The notes: generated from the letters alone by a model not told the origin. Shown: positions 14,175-24,805, counted from the stretch's first letter. The stretch: DNA of 64,000 nucleotides from an uncultured Eubacteriales bacterium (GCA_934434925.1 CAKSAC010000001.1:126959-190958); one strand, 5' to 3'. A program made the numbers and translations.

Positions 14175-15518
14175 TCATGAATTTCCGAGCCGGGCGGCCA
14201 ATTTTTCTCCCGCTTCTTCATATCCGGGCTTTCCAAGCAGGGCAAACATATTCTTTTTATAGGCTTCCACTCCGGGCTGGTCAAAGGGGTTGACCCCAAG
14301 GAGATAACCGGAAACGGCGCAGGACATTTCAAAGAAATAGATAAGATTCCCGAGAGTGCGCGCCGTGCGATCGGGCGCTTCGATTACAATATTGGGAACT
14401 CCGCCGTCACAGTGAGCCAATAAGGTACCGAGCATTGCTTTTTCATTTACATAGCTCAAAGTCTTCCCGGACAGGAAGTTCAGGCCGTCAATGTTTGCCT
14501 CGTCATGCGGGATTGTGAAGGATGCGCCGCAATCACCAATCGCAAGAACCGTTTCAAACAACGTGCGTTTTCCTTCTTGGATATACTGTCCGAGCGAGTG
14601 GAGGTCTGTGGAAAAAATAACCGAATCGGGCAGCAGGCCTTTGTTGTCCTTCCCTTCACTTTCCCCGAAGAGTTGCTTCCACCATTCGTTGAAAAGGAGC
14701 GCATACGGCTCATATCCGACCAGGATCTCCACTTCTTTTCCTTTCCGATACAGGGCGTTACGGAGAATGGCATAACGGAGAGCGGGATTATTCTTCGTAT
14801 CGGGGGCAAGGCAAAGTGTGCGCATTTCCGCCGCGCCTGCCATCAGTTCTTCAATATCGATGCCGGCGCAGGCGACCGGGAGCAAGCCTACCGCCGTCAG
14901 GACAGAGTAACGTCCGCCGACATCGTCCGGAATGACAAAGGTTTCAAAGCCGCTTTCATCAGCGAAATGTTTTAAGGTTCCGCGTGCGCGGTCGGTGGTC
15001 ACAAAAATGCGGGACCTGGCTCCTTCTTCACCGTATTTTTTATAAAGGAGATCACGGAAAACACGGAAGGCAACCGCCGTTTCCGTCGTTGTTCCGGATT
15101 TGCTGATTACATTGACGCAGATGTCTTTTCCTTCACAGAGCGAAAGAAGTTCGCAAAGAGCGGTCGTGCTGATATTGTTCCCGGAAAAATATATGTCGGG
15201 CGTATCTTTTTTAAGCGCGTTGTAGAGCGGGGAGTTCACAAATTCAATGACCGCGCGCGCGCCGAGATACGAACCGCCGATCCCTAAAACGATCAGAATG
15301 TCGCAGCTTTTTTTGATTCTTTCGGCCGCCGCCCGGATGCGGGAAAACTCTTCTTTATTATATGCCACGGGAAGATCAACCCAACCGAGAAAATCCGCGC
15401 CGGCTCCTTTCTTGTTCTTCACTTTTTCCAGTGAAGCAACGGCATCCTCCGCAAGATATTCGATTTCGTGGGCGGAAACAAACCCGTCAAGAAATTTTTC
15501 GTTGATCGTAAGGGACAT
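14175..15518 (-). CDS. pgi: Glucose-6-phosphate isomerase
   Basis: 447-aa ORF with typical short-type Pgi sequence ([34 protein letters not shown]). GGAGGA is upstream. Confidence 0.9.
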   Translation of the reverse strand: MSLTINEKFLDGFVSAHEIEYLAEDAVASLEKVKNKKGAGADFLGWVDLPVAYNKEEFSRIRAAAERIKKSCDILIVLGIGGSYLGARAVIEFVNSPLYNALKKDTPDIYFSGNNISTTALCELLSLCEGKDICVNVISKSGTTTETAVAFRVFRDLLYKKYGEEGARSRIFVTTDRARGTLKHFADESGFETFVIPDDVGGRYSVLTAVGLLPVACAGIDIEELMAGAAEMRTLCLAPDTKNNPALRYAILRNALYRKGKEVEILVGYEPYALLFNEWWKQLFGESEGKDNKGLLPDSVIFSTDLHSLGQYIQEGKRTLFETVLAIGDCGASFTIPHDEANIDGLNFLSGKTLSYVNEKAMLGTLLAHCDGGVPNIVIEAPDRTARTLGNLIYFFEMSCAVSGYLLGVNPFDQPGVEAYKKNMFALLGKPGYEEAGEKLAARLGNS

Positions 15519-15553
15519 GGTATCTTCCTCCGTCTTGATGTTTGATATGTTTC

Positions 15554-15582
15554 ATTATATACCCAACGGCAGGAATATGCAA
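15554..15582 (-). promoter_or_regulatory. Sigma-A promoter of pgi
   Basis: On the minus strand, TTGCAT (15582-15577), a 17-nt spacer, then TATAAT (15559-15554). Confidence 0.6.
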
Positions 15583-15596
15583 GCGATCGGGAAAAA

Positions 15597-16829
15597 TTAT
15601 CGCGTTTTTTCTTCACGGAAACCGACCATTTCCGAGAGAAGGCGAAAAAGAATCTCAAAATAGGAAATTTTCCGGACGTCCTCCGAGGCAACGATATCCG
15701 CCGTACCGATTACTTCTTCTCCAAGCAGAAATTCTGCTTTTCCGACAGGATCGCCCGCTACCACGGGAGCCGCCACATATTCGGGCAGGGAGAGGCGAAT
15801 TCTGACATTTTTCTCGTCTCCCTTTTTCATCAGTTTTGAAAATGCCGTTACGGTAACGGAAACGTTGTCACGCAATCCCCCGTGTACCGGGAGAGGTTCG
15901 CCCGGTTCTGCCGCGCGACTGTAAAGCGCGTAATTGGCAAATCCGTAATCCAGTAGTTTTTTTGCTTCGGCGTTACGGATATCGCGGGTGGGGGAACCCA
16001 TAATGACGGCGATCAGATGAAGATCGCCGCGCTTGGCGGTCGCGCTGATACAGAACAACGCGCGGGAAGTCGAACCGGTTTTCAGCCCTGTTGCCCCCGG
16101 ATAAAAACGAACCAGTCGGTTTGTATTGCTGAGCACGAACGCTCCGTTCCGGATGCTGTCCATCCATATCGTCGTATAATTCAGAATTTTTTCGTGGGAA
16201 AGCAGCGCACGGGAAGCAATGGCAATATCGCGCGCGCTGATCAGATGATCGGTCGTCGTATCGTCAAGCCCGTTTGTATTCTCAAAATGTGTATGGTTCA
16301 TTCCGAGTTCCGCTGCGCGGCGGTTCATCTGCGTTACAAAAGCTTCTTCGCTCCCTGCAATATGTTCCGCCAGCGCGTAAGCGGCATCGTTGGCACTGCT
16401 GATGACAACACACTTGATCATTTCTTCCACGCTCATTTGTTCGCCCGGCTCAAGGAACACCTGCGAACCTCCCATTTTGGCCGCGGCCTCGCTGGTCGTT
16501 ACAGGATCGGTAAGCGCAATTTTTCCGGAGTCGATGGCTTCCATGACAAGCAGGAGAGTCATGACCTTTGTCACCGATGCAGGCGGAAGGGCCTCGTCCG
16601 GATTCTGTTCATAGAGGATAGTCCCTGTGGTTGCATCCATCAGAATTGCGGATTTAGCATTCAAATTCATGGAATATTCCGTGGCAGAAGATTTTTCATC
16701 CTTCGCGGCAGAAATAAACTCTGTTTCCCCTTCTGCCTTTTCTCCGAGGGCGGTTGTCCGGCCGAACAGCGCGGTTCCCGGGAAAGGCAGAGACAAAACG
16801 GCAAGCAAAAGGGCGATGATTTTTTTCAT
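15597..16829 (-). CDS. D-alanyl-D-alanine carboxypeptidase (S11 family PBP), secreted
   Basis: SxxK motif (PPASVTKVMT), SxN (ISSAND) and KTG (LKTGST) are present, with a signal peptide MKKIIALLLAVLSL. I set the start to ATG 16829 (AAGGAG upstream). Confidence 0.8.
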   Translation of the reverse strand: MKKIIALLLAVLSLPFPGTALFGRTTALGEKAEGETEFISAAKDEKSSATEYSMNLNAKSAILMDATTGTILYEQNPDEALPPASVTKVMTLLLVMEAIDSGKIALTDPVTTSEAAAKMGGSQVFLEPGEQMSVEEMIKCVVISSANDAAYALAEHIAGSEEAFVTQMNRRAAELGMNHTHFENTNGLDDTTTDHLISARDIAIASRALLSHEKILNYTTIWMDSIRNGAFVLSNTNRLVRFYPGATGLKTGSTSRALFCISATAKRGDLHLIAVIMGSPTRDIRNAEAKKLLDYGFANYALYSRAAEPGEPLPVHGGLRDNVSVTVTAFSKLMKKGDEKNVRIRLSLPEYVAAPVVAGDPVGKAEFLLGEEVIGTADIVASEDVRKISYFEILFRLLSEMVGFREEKTR

Positions 16830-16930
16830 GGCGAACTCCTTTGGTATAGACTGTTCCATCTATATGCGCCCCTGCCCGTGAAAATACCCGGGCGCAGTTG
16901 TGACGAAAGCGTAAAATCGCGCTTTATCCC

Positions 16931-16959
16931 TTGCAAAGACATAAAAAAAGTGGTATACT
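16931..16959 (+). promoter_or_regulatory. Sigma-A promoter with extended -10
   Basis: TTGCAA (16931-16936), a 17-nt spacer, then TATACT (16954-16959), with TG at 16951-16952. Confidence 0.55.
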
Positions 16960-17009
16960 GGCTCATATAAACAAACAAAAACCGGCGCGCCGCGCCGGGG
17001 AGGAAAAAG

Positions 17010-18020
17010 ATGAACGATTATCGCGATGAGGAGTATACCGAACCGCAAAAGAAAAAACGCTTCCGCTTGTTTGACTCACAGCGTGAAGGAAAAGGTGTAT
17101 CCAAGGATGAAAAGCCGATCACTCCGGATCTGAACGGTTTTTTTCGCAGTTTCAAACGGAATTTTTCCAATCTGCTCCGGGTGAATTTGTTTATGGTGAT
17201 CGGAAACTTTCCGGTTCTGTTTGCTATTCTCGGTCTTTCGGGTCTTTTCAAAGTTCCGTATCGGACACCGCTTTCCGACCTTTTTCCGAATTTGCGCACC
17301 CTGATGCTCCTTGATCCCTCCCGCTCACCGGCCACGATGGCGTTATACGGCGTTTTCGGCGTGCAGATTGAAAATGCGGCGCTGACGCCGATGTCTTACG
17401 TTATGTTCGGGCTTTCGGCGCTTACTTTTCTGACGTTTGGATTTGTTTGCGTCGGTACCACCTATATTCTGCGTTCTTTGGTACGAGGCGAACCGGTCTT
17501 CATGTGGTCCGATTTCTTCTATGCGATTAAAAGAAACAAAAAGCAGGCCTTTTTCTTCGGGATGTTTGACCTGCTTTTGCTTCTCCTGATTCCGTTCAAT
17601 TTTACCGCGCTCTCTGAAATGGCCGGCGGATTGATGACCGGGATTTTGTTCTGGCTGACGGTTGTCTTTGCCTTGATCTACTTTTTCATGCGGTTCTATA
17701 TCTACCTGCAAATGATTACTTTTGATCTTCCGATCACCAAAATTCTGAAAAACTCCTTCATTTTTGCTTTGCTTGGTTTCAAGCGAAACATTTTGGCGTT
17801 TCTCGGGATGATTCTGCTTGTTCTTGCGGATATTCTCCTGCTCTTCGGACTTGGCGGCATCCTTTTGCCGATAGGGGTCGCTGCGCCTCTTGTTTTCATT
17901 TTTTCAGCCGCTTCGTATATGGCCGTTTTTGCCGCCTGGTTCAAGATTAAGGAGCTGATGATTGACAACGGTGAAAATCAACCGCCGGCAGAAGGCGCAG
18001 AAGAGCCTTCAAAACCGTAA
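17010..18020 (+). CDS. YesL/DUF624-like integral membrane protein
   Basis: 336-aa ORF with GGGGAGGA upstream. A basic N-terminus is followed by hydrophobic helices (FSNLLRVNLFMVIGNFPVLFAILG) resembling the DUF624 family. Confidence 0.5.
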   Translation: MNDYRDEEYTEPQKKKRFRLFDSQREGKGVSKDEKPITPDLNGFFRSFKRNFSNLLRVNLFMVIGNFPVLFAILGLSGLFKVPYRTPLSDLFPNLRTLMLLDPSRSPATMALYGVFGVQIENAALTPMSYVMFGLSALTFLTFGFVCVGTTYILRSLVRGEPVFMWSDFFYAIKRNKKQAFFFGMFDLLLLLLIPFNFTALSEMAGGLMTGILFWLTVVFALIYFFMRFYIYLQMITFDLPITKILKNSFIFALLGFKRNILAFLGMILLVLADILLLFGLGGILLPIGVAAPLVFIFSAASYMAVFAAWFKIKELMIDNGENQPPAEGAEEPSKP

Positions 18021-18853
18021 GACAGCAATTCCGTTATCGTAACAAACCGATATCCTTCGGCCGCCAGCCGCGGCAGAATTTCCCGCAAGGCCGCAATGGT
18101 GGTATTGTGCTTTCCCACGTAATCATGAAACAGCACGATAGAACCGGGATGCACCGATTTCATCACGTTCTTTATAATGGTTTCGCTGGGCGTTCCCGCC
18201 CAGTCACGGGTATCAACATCCCACAGGATGGCCTGATACCCTTTTTTTCGTATGACATCCCGCACATATTTCCCGCAAAAGCCTTCCGGCGGACGGAAAT
18301 ACAGGCACTTCCCGCCTGTAAGTTTTTCAATCAACTTCTCATTTTTTTCGATTTGCCCCGATAGCTCTCCCGGTGTGATGGCGGACAGCGTCGGGTGATC
18401 GTACGTGTGGTTTCCTATTTCATGCCCGGCTTCCGTGACCCGTTTTGCTACGGCTCCGTAAAGCTCGAGATTCTTCCCGACAACAAAAAAGGTGGCTTTT
18501 GCCCGGTACTGCTCCAACAAGGCGAGAATTTGATCCGTATAATGCGGATGGGGGCCGTCGTCAAATGTCAACGCGACAACTTTTTCATTTGTTTTGACAT
18601 GAAAACAAGGACCTTGGTTTGTTGTTTTTTCCCGCTTTTCGGTTTTTTTGTCTGATGTTTTTGGGATCGCTGCCTCCCCGGGGAGATTTTGCGACGGCGA
18701 AGGAACGGCGGAATCGCCAGCGTTCTTTTCGCTTTCCGCGGCGGCGATTCGGGCCTCGTCCCCGTTGCGCGGCATAGTTCCCGTCATTCCGGCAGCACAC
18801 GAAGAGAAACAGGATATAGCGACGGTCAGCGCGGCCGCTTCACGCCATTTCAT
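17978..18853 (-). CDS. Polysaccharide deacetylase (NodB domain) lipoprotein
   Basis: The signal and lipobox region is AISCFSSCAAG. NodB motifs are present (LTFDDGPHP, HEIGNHTYDHP). ATGA overlap with the upstream pdaA-like gene. Confidence 0.75.
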   Translation of the reverse strand: MKWREAAALTVAISCFSSCAAGMTGTMPRNGDEARIAAAESEKNAGDSAVPSPSQNLPGEAAIPKTSDKKTEKREKTTNQGPCFHVKTNEKVVALTFDDGPHPHYTDQILALLEQYRAKATFFVVGKNLELYGAVAKRVTEAGHEIGNHTYDHPTLSAITPGELSGQIEKNEKLIEKLTGGKCLYFRPPEGFCGKYVRDVIRKKGYQAILWDVDTRDWAGTPSETIIKNVMKSVHPGSIVLFHDYVGKHNTTIAALREILPRLAAEGYRFVTITELLSYGFEGSSAPSAGG

Positions 18854-19650
18854 GCGGTCTTTGCCTGTCGGCCGGTCAGTTCATCGAGCGTTCCGAAACG
18901 ATATCCTTCTGCTCTCCAGCGGTCAATCAGTTCGCCGAGGATAGCCGCATTGGTCGCTGAGGTCGGATGGAGCAGGATGACGGCTCCGTTATGCGTGTTA
19001 TCCATAATCTTTTTGATGGCGGCGGCCTTTTCCGGCTGATGAGCATTGTCCCAATCTGCGTAGGCAAGACTCCAGAAAATCGTTTTATAACCGAGTTTTT
19101 GTGCCATTTTCAGATTTTCTTCGTCAAACTTCCCTTCCGGCGGACGATAGTAGCGGCTCATTTCTCTTCCGGTCTTTTCCCGGTAAAGCGTTTCCAAAGA
19201 TTCCAATTCTGCCCGGAATTCGGATTCATTGTGAAAACGCGTCATATCTTTGTGGCGCAAAGTGTGATTGCACACGAGATTTCCTTCCTTTGCCATCCGT
19301 TCTACCAGCTCCGTGTTCCGCAGAAGGAGGTTTTCCAGGATGAAAAAAGCGCCGGTAGCGTTCTTTTCCTTTAACGTATTCAATATTTTTTCAACATTTC
19401 CGTTTTCATATCCGGCATCAAAGGTCAGATACAGCACTTTTTCGTCAGCCGCGTCTTTGTGTTTTCTGTCTACATAATAAGCGTCATATTTTTCAATATA
19501 AGAAAATTGAGGCTCCAGTACCGGTTGGTTGTGATCGGGGTTGCGTTTTGCGTACCAGCTTTCTGCGCGGGCGTTTCCCGGGAGCGCAAAGAATGCGGAC
19601 AGAGCAGCTGCGGCCGCCAGGAGTGCAGATAACGTTTTTTTTGCTTTCAT
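18850..19650 (-). CDS. pdaA: Delta-lactam-biosynthetic de-N-acetylase-like polysaccharide deacetylase
   Basis: A signal peptide is present. LYLTFDAGYENGN...ATGAFFI...EGNLVCNHTLRHKDM resembles B. subtilis PdaA (recalled from memory). Confidence 0.65.
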   Translation of the reverse strand: MKAKKTLSALLAAAAALSAFFALPGNARAESWYAKRNPDHNQPVLEPQFSYIEKYDAYYVDRKHKDAADEKVLYLTFDAGYENGNVEKILNTLKEKNATGAFFILENLLLRNTELVERMAKEGNLVCNHTLRHKDMTRFHNESEFRAELESLETLYREKTGREMSRYYRPPEGKFDEENLKMAQKLGYKTIFWSLAYADWDNAHQPEKAAAIKKIMDNTHNGAVILLHPTSATNAAILGELIDRWRAEGYRFGTLDELTGRQAKTA

Positions 19651-19791
19651 GATGCTTCCTTTCTTTCGCTTTGCTATTATTTTTTCCTTTGCGAAAAAGA
19701 AAAATCATGAGAAAAAAAGGATATGCAGGCATTAAAAACGCCCGGGAACCCTTGCCGGAAATCCGAAACCGGATCGGCGCTTATGGCGGAT

Positions 19792-19820
19792 AAAGAAAAA
19801 GACAGGCACAAACGCCTGTC
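19792..19820 (-). terminator. Rho-independent terminator of rpsU
   Basis: GACAGGC (19801-19807) pairs with GCCTGTC (19814-19820), followed on the minus strand by TTTTTCTTT. Confidence 0.65.
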
Positions 19821-19886
19821 TCATTCTGTAAGCAACGCCGACGACAGATCAAAACGAGACCGGTCGTGAACCATGCTTTCGTACAT

Positions 19887-20063
19887 TTACTTGTACTTGC
19901 GTTTACGAGCCGCCTCAGCCTTTTTCTTACGCTTCACGCTGGGCTTTTCATAATGTTCTCTTTTGCGGAGTTCGGTAAGAACACCGGACTTCACGCACTG
20001 TCTTTTGAAACGACGGAGCGCGCTGTCGAGAGTCTCATTTTCTTTTACTCTGACTTCTGCCAT
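19887..20063 (-). CDS. rpsU: 30S ribosomal protein S21
   Basis: It is not in the ORF track because it is under 60 aa. The reverse complement translates to [69 protein letters not shown] Shine-Dalgarno is present. Confidence 0.92.
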   Translation of the reverse strand: MAEVRVKENETLDSALRRFKRQCVKSGVLTELRKREHYEKPSVKRKKKAEAARKRKYK

Positions 20064-20119
20064 TCTGTATCCCTCCCCTCATTGTCAGAAAGAGATGATA
20101 TATCTCAAAACTACAAGTT

Positions 20120-20148
20120 ATTATACCGTTTTCAACGGGGGTTGTCAA
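20120..20148 (-). promoter_or_regulatory. Consensus sigma-A promoter of rpsU (inside the 3' end of folD)
   Basis: On the minus strand, TTGACA (20148-20143), a 17-nt spacer, then TATAAT (20125-20120). Confidence 0.65.
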
Positions 20149-21013
20149 GAGTTTTTTCCTGTTTTGTAAGATTTTTTTCCGCCGCGGTCAAAGTGTTTCG
20201 CAGAAGCATGGTAATCGTCATAGGGCCGACCCCGCCGGGAACCGGCGTAATATAAGAACAAAGCGGTTCGACGGAAGCAAAATCCACATCGCCGCAAAGT
20301 TTCCCTTCCGGGGTTCTGTTCATTCCCACGTCAATCACGACCGCTCCGGGTTTGACCATATCGGCGCGGACGAATCCGGCCTTCCCTACGGCGCTGACCA
20401 GAATATCGGCGCGGCGCGTGTACGCCGGGAGGTCTTTTGTCCGGGAATGGCAGACGGTCACGGTGGCGTTTCGTTCCAAAAGCAGAAGCGCCTGCGGCTT
20501 CCCGACGATGTTGCTCCGGCCGATGACAACGCAATTCTTTCCTTCCGGGTCAATACCGTAATAATCGAGCAGCTCCATAACGCCGGCCGGTGTACAAGGC
20601 ACAAAGGTGTATTCTCCCGTGCAGACTGCACCGACATTTACCGGGTGAAACGCGTCCACATCTTTTTCCGGGCGGATCGTCCGTGTGACCGCTTTTTCGT
20701 TGAGGCGGTCCGGGAGCGGAAGTTGAACGAGGATGCCGTCAACAGCCGGATCACGATTCAACCGTTCAATCAAGGTAAGCAATTCTTCTTCTTTTGTGTC
20801 TTCCGGCAATTCATACACTTCAGAAACAAACCCGACATCTTCACAGGCTCGTTTTTTGTTGCGTACATAAACGCGGGAAGCGGGATCGTTCCCCAAAAGG
20901 ATCACGGAAAGCCCGGGCGCGCGCCCGGCTTTTTTTGCAAACGCCTCGCTCTCAAGGCGGATCTTATCACGGACAACCGCAGAAACGGCTTTCCCGTCTA
21001 TCAAAACAGCCAC
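20132..21013 (-). CDS. folD: Bifunctional methylenetetrahydrofolate dehydrogenase / methenyl-THF cyclohydrolase
   Basis: 293-aa ORF with LIDGKAVS...PGLSVILLGNDPASRVYVRNKKRACEDVGF...GRSNIVGKP...TPVPGGVGPMT. Confidence 0.92.
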   Translation of the reverse strand: MAVLIDGKAVSAVVRDKIRLESEAFAKKAGRAPGLSVILLGNDPASRVYVRNKKRACEDVGFVSEVYELPEDTKEEELLTLIERLNRDPAVDGILVQLPLPDRLNEKAVTRTIRPEKDVDAFHPVNVGAVCTGEYTFVPCTPAGVMELLDYYGIDPEGKNCVVIGRSNIVGKPQALLLLERNATVTVCHSRTKDLPAYTRRADILVSAVGKAGFVRADMVKPGAVVIDVGMNRTPEGKLCGDVDFASVEPLCSYITPVPGGVGPMTITMLLRNTLTAAEKNLTKQEKTLDNPR

Positions 21014-21053
21014 AGAACGTTTCCTTTCCTTTCACCGGCAAAAAAGCCGGCCG

Positions 21054-22364
21054 TCACTTTGTTTTTATCGTCTCGTTTATAGGGGTAATTGTGATTTTTG
21101 CCATGGATTTTTCTTCAAATACGGTATTTAATTCCCGGCAGATATCTGCATAGGAAATTTCATCCAAAATCTCGCGCATCCGGAATATCGGAACCTGCTC
21201 CACGACGGAATCCAAAAGCGCGGCGGCAATTTCTTCGGTGGAATCGAAATCTTTGATGTATTCGGCATAATGTACGCGGCGCATTCTTTCAAAATCCTCG
21301 AAAGACGGTATCCGCTCGCCGCTGCGGTAAAGCCGGAGTTCTTCGGTGAGCAGGTGAAAAACCCTTTCCGGATCGTCCGCCGAGCAGGAAATCAGGAAGT
21401 GCGCGCACCCACGGGCGCTTTCATAGCTGGCGGAAAAATCCTGTGAAATAACGCCCTCTTTGTACAGGCGATTATAGAATTCACTGCTTTCCCCGAACAA
21501 AAGGTCGCATAAAAGATTCATCGTCAGGCTTCGCCGCATGGCCGCTTCGGGTTCTTCCGGCAATCGGGTATCTTTGACAGCCAGACAAAGCATCGGCCGG
21601 GCAATATCCATGCGGAAGGAAATTTCCGGTTTGAAGATTGCCTCCGGTTCTGTCGGATATATACGCCTCGGGCGCGGCGCAGGGGCGCGCGGAGACAGAC
21701 GGCTGTCAACGATTGAAAGGACGGTCTCGGCGTTTGTTTTCCCGCAAACAACCAGCGTCATGTTGTCCGGGACATAAAACGAACGACAGCACTCATACAG
21801 CATCTCCGGCGTAATGGCGGCGATTGTGTCCGTCGTTCCGCAAATATTTTTTCGGATTCCGTGTTTCTGATACAAGGCCTCCATGGCGGCATAATACAGC
21901 CGGTTTCCGGGAGAATCTTCATACATTCCGATTTCCTGGCCGATGATTCCCTGTTCTTTTTGGATATTTTCCGGCGTGAAATAGGGATGGAAAACATAAT
22001 CCAAAAGAATCGACAGTCCGGCCGAAATATCGGAAGTGGTGGAAAACAGATAGGAAGTCAGCTCATTGGAAGTATAGGCATTGGCCGACGCACCGACAGC
22101 GGCGAACTTGTCAAAAGTGTCGATGTGGTCCTCGCTTTCAAACATTTTGTGTTCGAGAAAATGCGCAACGCCGTCCGGCAAATGTACTTCCCGGCCGTTT
22201 GGCAGGATGTGATCCGAGTCCAGAGAACCGAAGTGGACGGTCAGGGAAACATAGGCGGTGGAAAGCTGCTTCGGAAATACATAGATCGTAAGGCCGCTTT
22301 CGTGGCGGATATACGTATATTCTTCCCGCAGGGTTATATCTTTGACGGAAATTTCTTCACGCAT
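21054..22364 (-). CDS. M16-family (pitrilysin/insulinase) zinc peptidase, catalytic-type subunit
   Basis: The inverted zinc motif HFLEHKMFE is present. I set the start to ATG 22364 (GGAGGA upstream), giving an 8-nt overlap with the upstream M16 gene. Confidence 0.75.
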   Translation of the reverse strand: MREEISVKDITLREEYTYIRHESGLTIYVFPKQLSTAYVSLTVHFGSLDSDHILPNGREVHLPDGVAHFLEHKMFESEDHIDTFDKFAAVGASANAYTSNELTSYLFSTTSDISAGLSILLDYVFHPYFTPENIQKEQGIIGQEIGMYEDSPGNRLYYAAMEALYQKHGIRKNICGTTDTIAAITPEMLYECCRSFYVPDNMTLVVCGKTNAETVLSIVDSRLSPRAPAPRPRRIYPTEPEAIFKPEISFRMDIARPMLCLAVKDTRLPEEPEAAMRRSLTMNLLCDLLFGESSEFYNRLYKEGVISQDFSASYESARGCAHFLISCSADDPERVFHLLTEELRLYRSGERIPSFEDFERMRRVHYAEYIKDFDSTEEIAAALLDSVVEQVPIFRMREILDEISYADICRELNTVFEEKSMAKITITPINETIKTK

Positions 22365-23664
22365 CTTGTTTATCCTCCGCAATGCCGGCGGCATCGCCGC
22401 GCAAAAAGTAGACCGTGTCCGGCCGATAGGTTAAGGCGACGGCCCGAAGGTCCCGCACCGTCACTTTTTCCAAAGCGGCAATCGCTTCTTCGGGCGTTTC
22501 CGTAACGCCGGAAAGCGTCCGGTAGAGATACCAGCGTTCCAAAAGAACCGGGTCGTCTTCTACGGAAAGGAACTGGTTGATCAGAATGCGGCGTGAAAGA
22601 TCGATCTCTCTTTCGGTAATTTTTCCGCGGCGCATCGCCCGGAACTGTCGGAAGATCTCCCGTACCGTCCGGCGGAAGTTGCGGTTTTCAATGCCCGCCG
22701 TTACCAACATGATCCCTTTGGAGGATTCGTTCGTTGCCGAGCAGGAATAACAGAGGCTGAGCTTTTCCCGAACATTGACGAACAGTTTGGAGGTCGGAGA
22801 AACGCCGAAAACACAAAGAAAAAACAAGACGGCATTCCGCGAGGGGTCTTCCATCCGCAGTGATGAGCGAAATCCGATACAAAGTTTCCCTTGTTTGGCC
22901 ACGGTTGTTTCTTTCACGCGGCGCACACGGCGCGCGGACGGATTCGGTTCGGGCGGGGGCAGGCGGATCGGATGGCGGTTGATGTCCGCAAAGATTCCCG
23001 CCAGTGCTTCCCGGACCGTATCGACGGGGGCGGAACCGGTATAAAACGCTTCCACTGTCGCCTCGGAAAGAAGAGCGCGATAGGCGCCGTAAAGCGACGC
23101 CGGTGTGATTTTTTCAATATCCTCGGGCGTTCCGTACTCGCTGATGCCGTACACTTCCCCGTCGCACATATGCGAAACGCACCGGCATCGGGCATAATAG
23201 GATTTATTATTCATTTGCGCGCGAATACGGTCAATGGCGTTTTTCTTTTCGCTCTCTACATATTCCGAGAGAAAAACGCCGGTGTTCCGGTCGGTCAGCG
23301 GCCGGAGAAGCAATTCGGAAAGCAATTCGGCGGCTCCGGGCAAAAGATCTTCTCCGTCTTTTGTGAATTCGCGCCGCAGGGTCGCGATTCCGATATGTAA
23401 TATCTGCAAATCGCCGCGTTTGAATACCGAGGTCGAAAAATCTGCGGAATAGAGTTCTTCAAGCCGGATGCCGAGCTCCCGTTGCGTCGGGAACGCGCAG
23501 GAACCGCGCCGCAATACATTGAAAAGAAGCGCCCGATGCGCTGTCGCGTACGGAGACTGCAAAGGCGCGACAAAGTAGAGCGACAACTGGGATGTTTTGA
23601 ATTTTTCGGTATAGTGGTAATGGAGATTTATATTTTCGTATATCCGGATGCTCTCTGGCTTCAT
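22357..23664 (-). CDS. M16-family peptidase-like protein lacking HxxEH (non-catalytic partner type)
   Basis: 435-aa ORF with the M16 fold pattern but no HxxEH motif. It is translationally coupled to the downstream catalytic paralog. Confidence 0.65.
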   Translation of the reverse strand: MKPESIRIYENINLHYHYTEKFKTSQLSLYFVAPLQSPYATAHRALLFNVLRRGSCAFPTQRELGIRLEELYSADFSTSVFKRGDLQILHIGIATLRREFTKDGEDLLPGAAELLSELLLRPLTDRNTGVFLSEYVESEKKNAIDRIRAQMNNKSYYARCRCVSHMCDGEVYGISEYGTPEDIEKITPASLYGAYRALLSEATVEAFYTGSAPVDTVREALAGIFADINRHPIRLPPPEPNPSARRVRRVKETTVAKQGKLCIGFRSSLRMEDPSRNAVLFFLCVFGVSPTSKLFVNVREKLSLCYSCSATNESSKGIMLVTAGIENRNFRRTVREIFRQFRAMRRGKITEREIDLSRRILINQFLSVEDDPVLLERWYLYRTLSGVTETPEEAIAALEKVTVRDLRAVALTYRPDTVYFLRGDAAGIAEDKQDA

Positions 23665-23704
23665 GTAGATTCTTTCCGCCCGCCGTCAAGCGCGGCGTGC
23701 TGTT

Positions 23705-24805
23705 TTATTTTGCGATTGCGTGAACGATCTCGCACATGGTATCATATTTGCTCCACATATCCTGCGCCAGTTTCAGCTGGCAACGGGTGCGGACCAGATT
23801 ATGCCCTTCATAATTGACTTTGAAATACTTGTCGCCCGTCAGATAATCATCCAGGAACCGTGACGCAAGTTCCAGTGTGATCGTCACCGCCCCGAGCGCC
23901 ATGGTGTCAATTTCAAGCGGGGTCAGCGACCGATATGTGCGCGAAATAAAGCCTTCTGCAAAAGCGCGGAATTTGTCGAGGTCGAGCATGACGTTTGAAG
24001 TATCCGCCTCGTCTTCCGCCGCGGTGCTGGCACCGAACCGGACCGCGTCGCCGAAATCATGCATGGCAAGCCCCGGCATGACGGTGTCAAGATCGATCAC
24101 CACCAACGCTTCCTTGGTCTTTTTATCAAACAGGACATTATTGATTTTCGTATCGTTGTGCGTAACGCGAAGAGGAAGCATTCCCTTTTCAAGCATCAGG
24201 CTCATGCGTTCCGCCACTTCGCGCATGGAAGCGAGATAACGGATTTCTTCCTGCACTTCCGCCACGCGATGGTACGGGTCCTCTTCTATATGCCGGAAGA
24301 GTGTTTCCATCCGTTTTTTTGTGTTGTGGAAATCCGGGATTGTCATATGGAGTTTTTGTGCGTCAAAATCCGACAAATTCATTTGAAATTCCCCGAAAGC
24401 CACCCCGGCGTTCCGCAAAACGTCAAGATTGTCGCAGGTGTTGTAGGTCACGGCATCCACATAGGTATAGATGCGCCAAAAGGAATCATCGTCGGAAAGG
24501 TAATAGTTTGCTCCGTCTGCGGTATGGTGGAAATGAAGAGAGACCCCCTTCCAATCCGGATTTTCACGGATATGGGTCGTAACAAGGTCGATATTTTCCA
24601 TGATCCCGGCCGGATCCTTGAAAACATAGGAATTGATCCGCTGTGCCACATAGGTCTTGATGGATTTGTCCGGTTGGCGATAATTGAGTTTATATGTACC
24701 GTTCACATTGCCGTCCGTAATAACGGTATAGGAATAAAAGGCTCCGGGAAGACGAAACACGGAACCGACGGCGTTCAGTTTTTCTTCTAATGCTTTGTTC
24801 TTCAT
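23705..24805 (-). CDS. N-acetylhexosamine 1-kinase-like phosphotransferase (NahK/LnpB family, APH fold)
   Basis: PLRVTHNDTKINNVLFD...VIDLDTVMPG...HDFGDAVRFGASTAAEDE...HNLVRTRCQLKL closely parallels Bifidobacterium NahK (recalled from memory). Confidence 0.7.
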   Translation of the reverse strand: MKNKALEEKLNAVGSVFRLPGAFYSYTVITDGNVNGTYKLNYRQPDKSIKTYVAQRINSYVFKDPAGIMENIDLVTTHIRENPDWKGVSLHFHHTADGANYYLSDDDSFWRIYTYVDAVTYNTCDNLDVLRNAGVAFGEFQMNLSDFDAQKLHMTIPDFHNTKKRMETLFRHIEEDPYHRVAEVQEEIRYLASMREVAERMSLMLEKGMLPLRVTHNDTKINNVLFDKKTKEALVVIDLDTVMPGLAMHDFGDAVRFGASTAAEDEADTSNVMLDLDKFRAFAEGFISRTYRSLTPLEIDTMALGAVTITLELASRFLDDYLTGDKYFKVNYEGHNLVRTRCQLKLAQDMWSKYDTMCEIVHAIAK

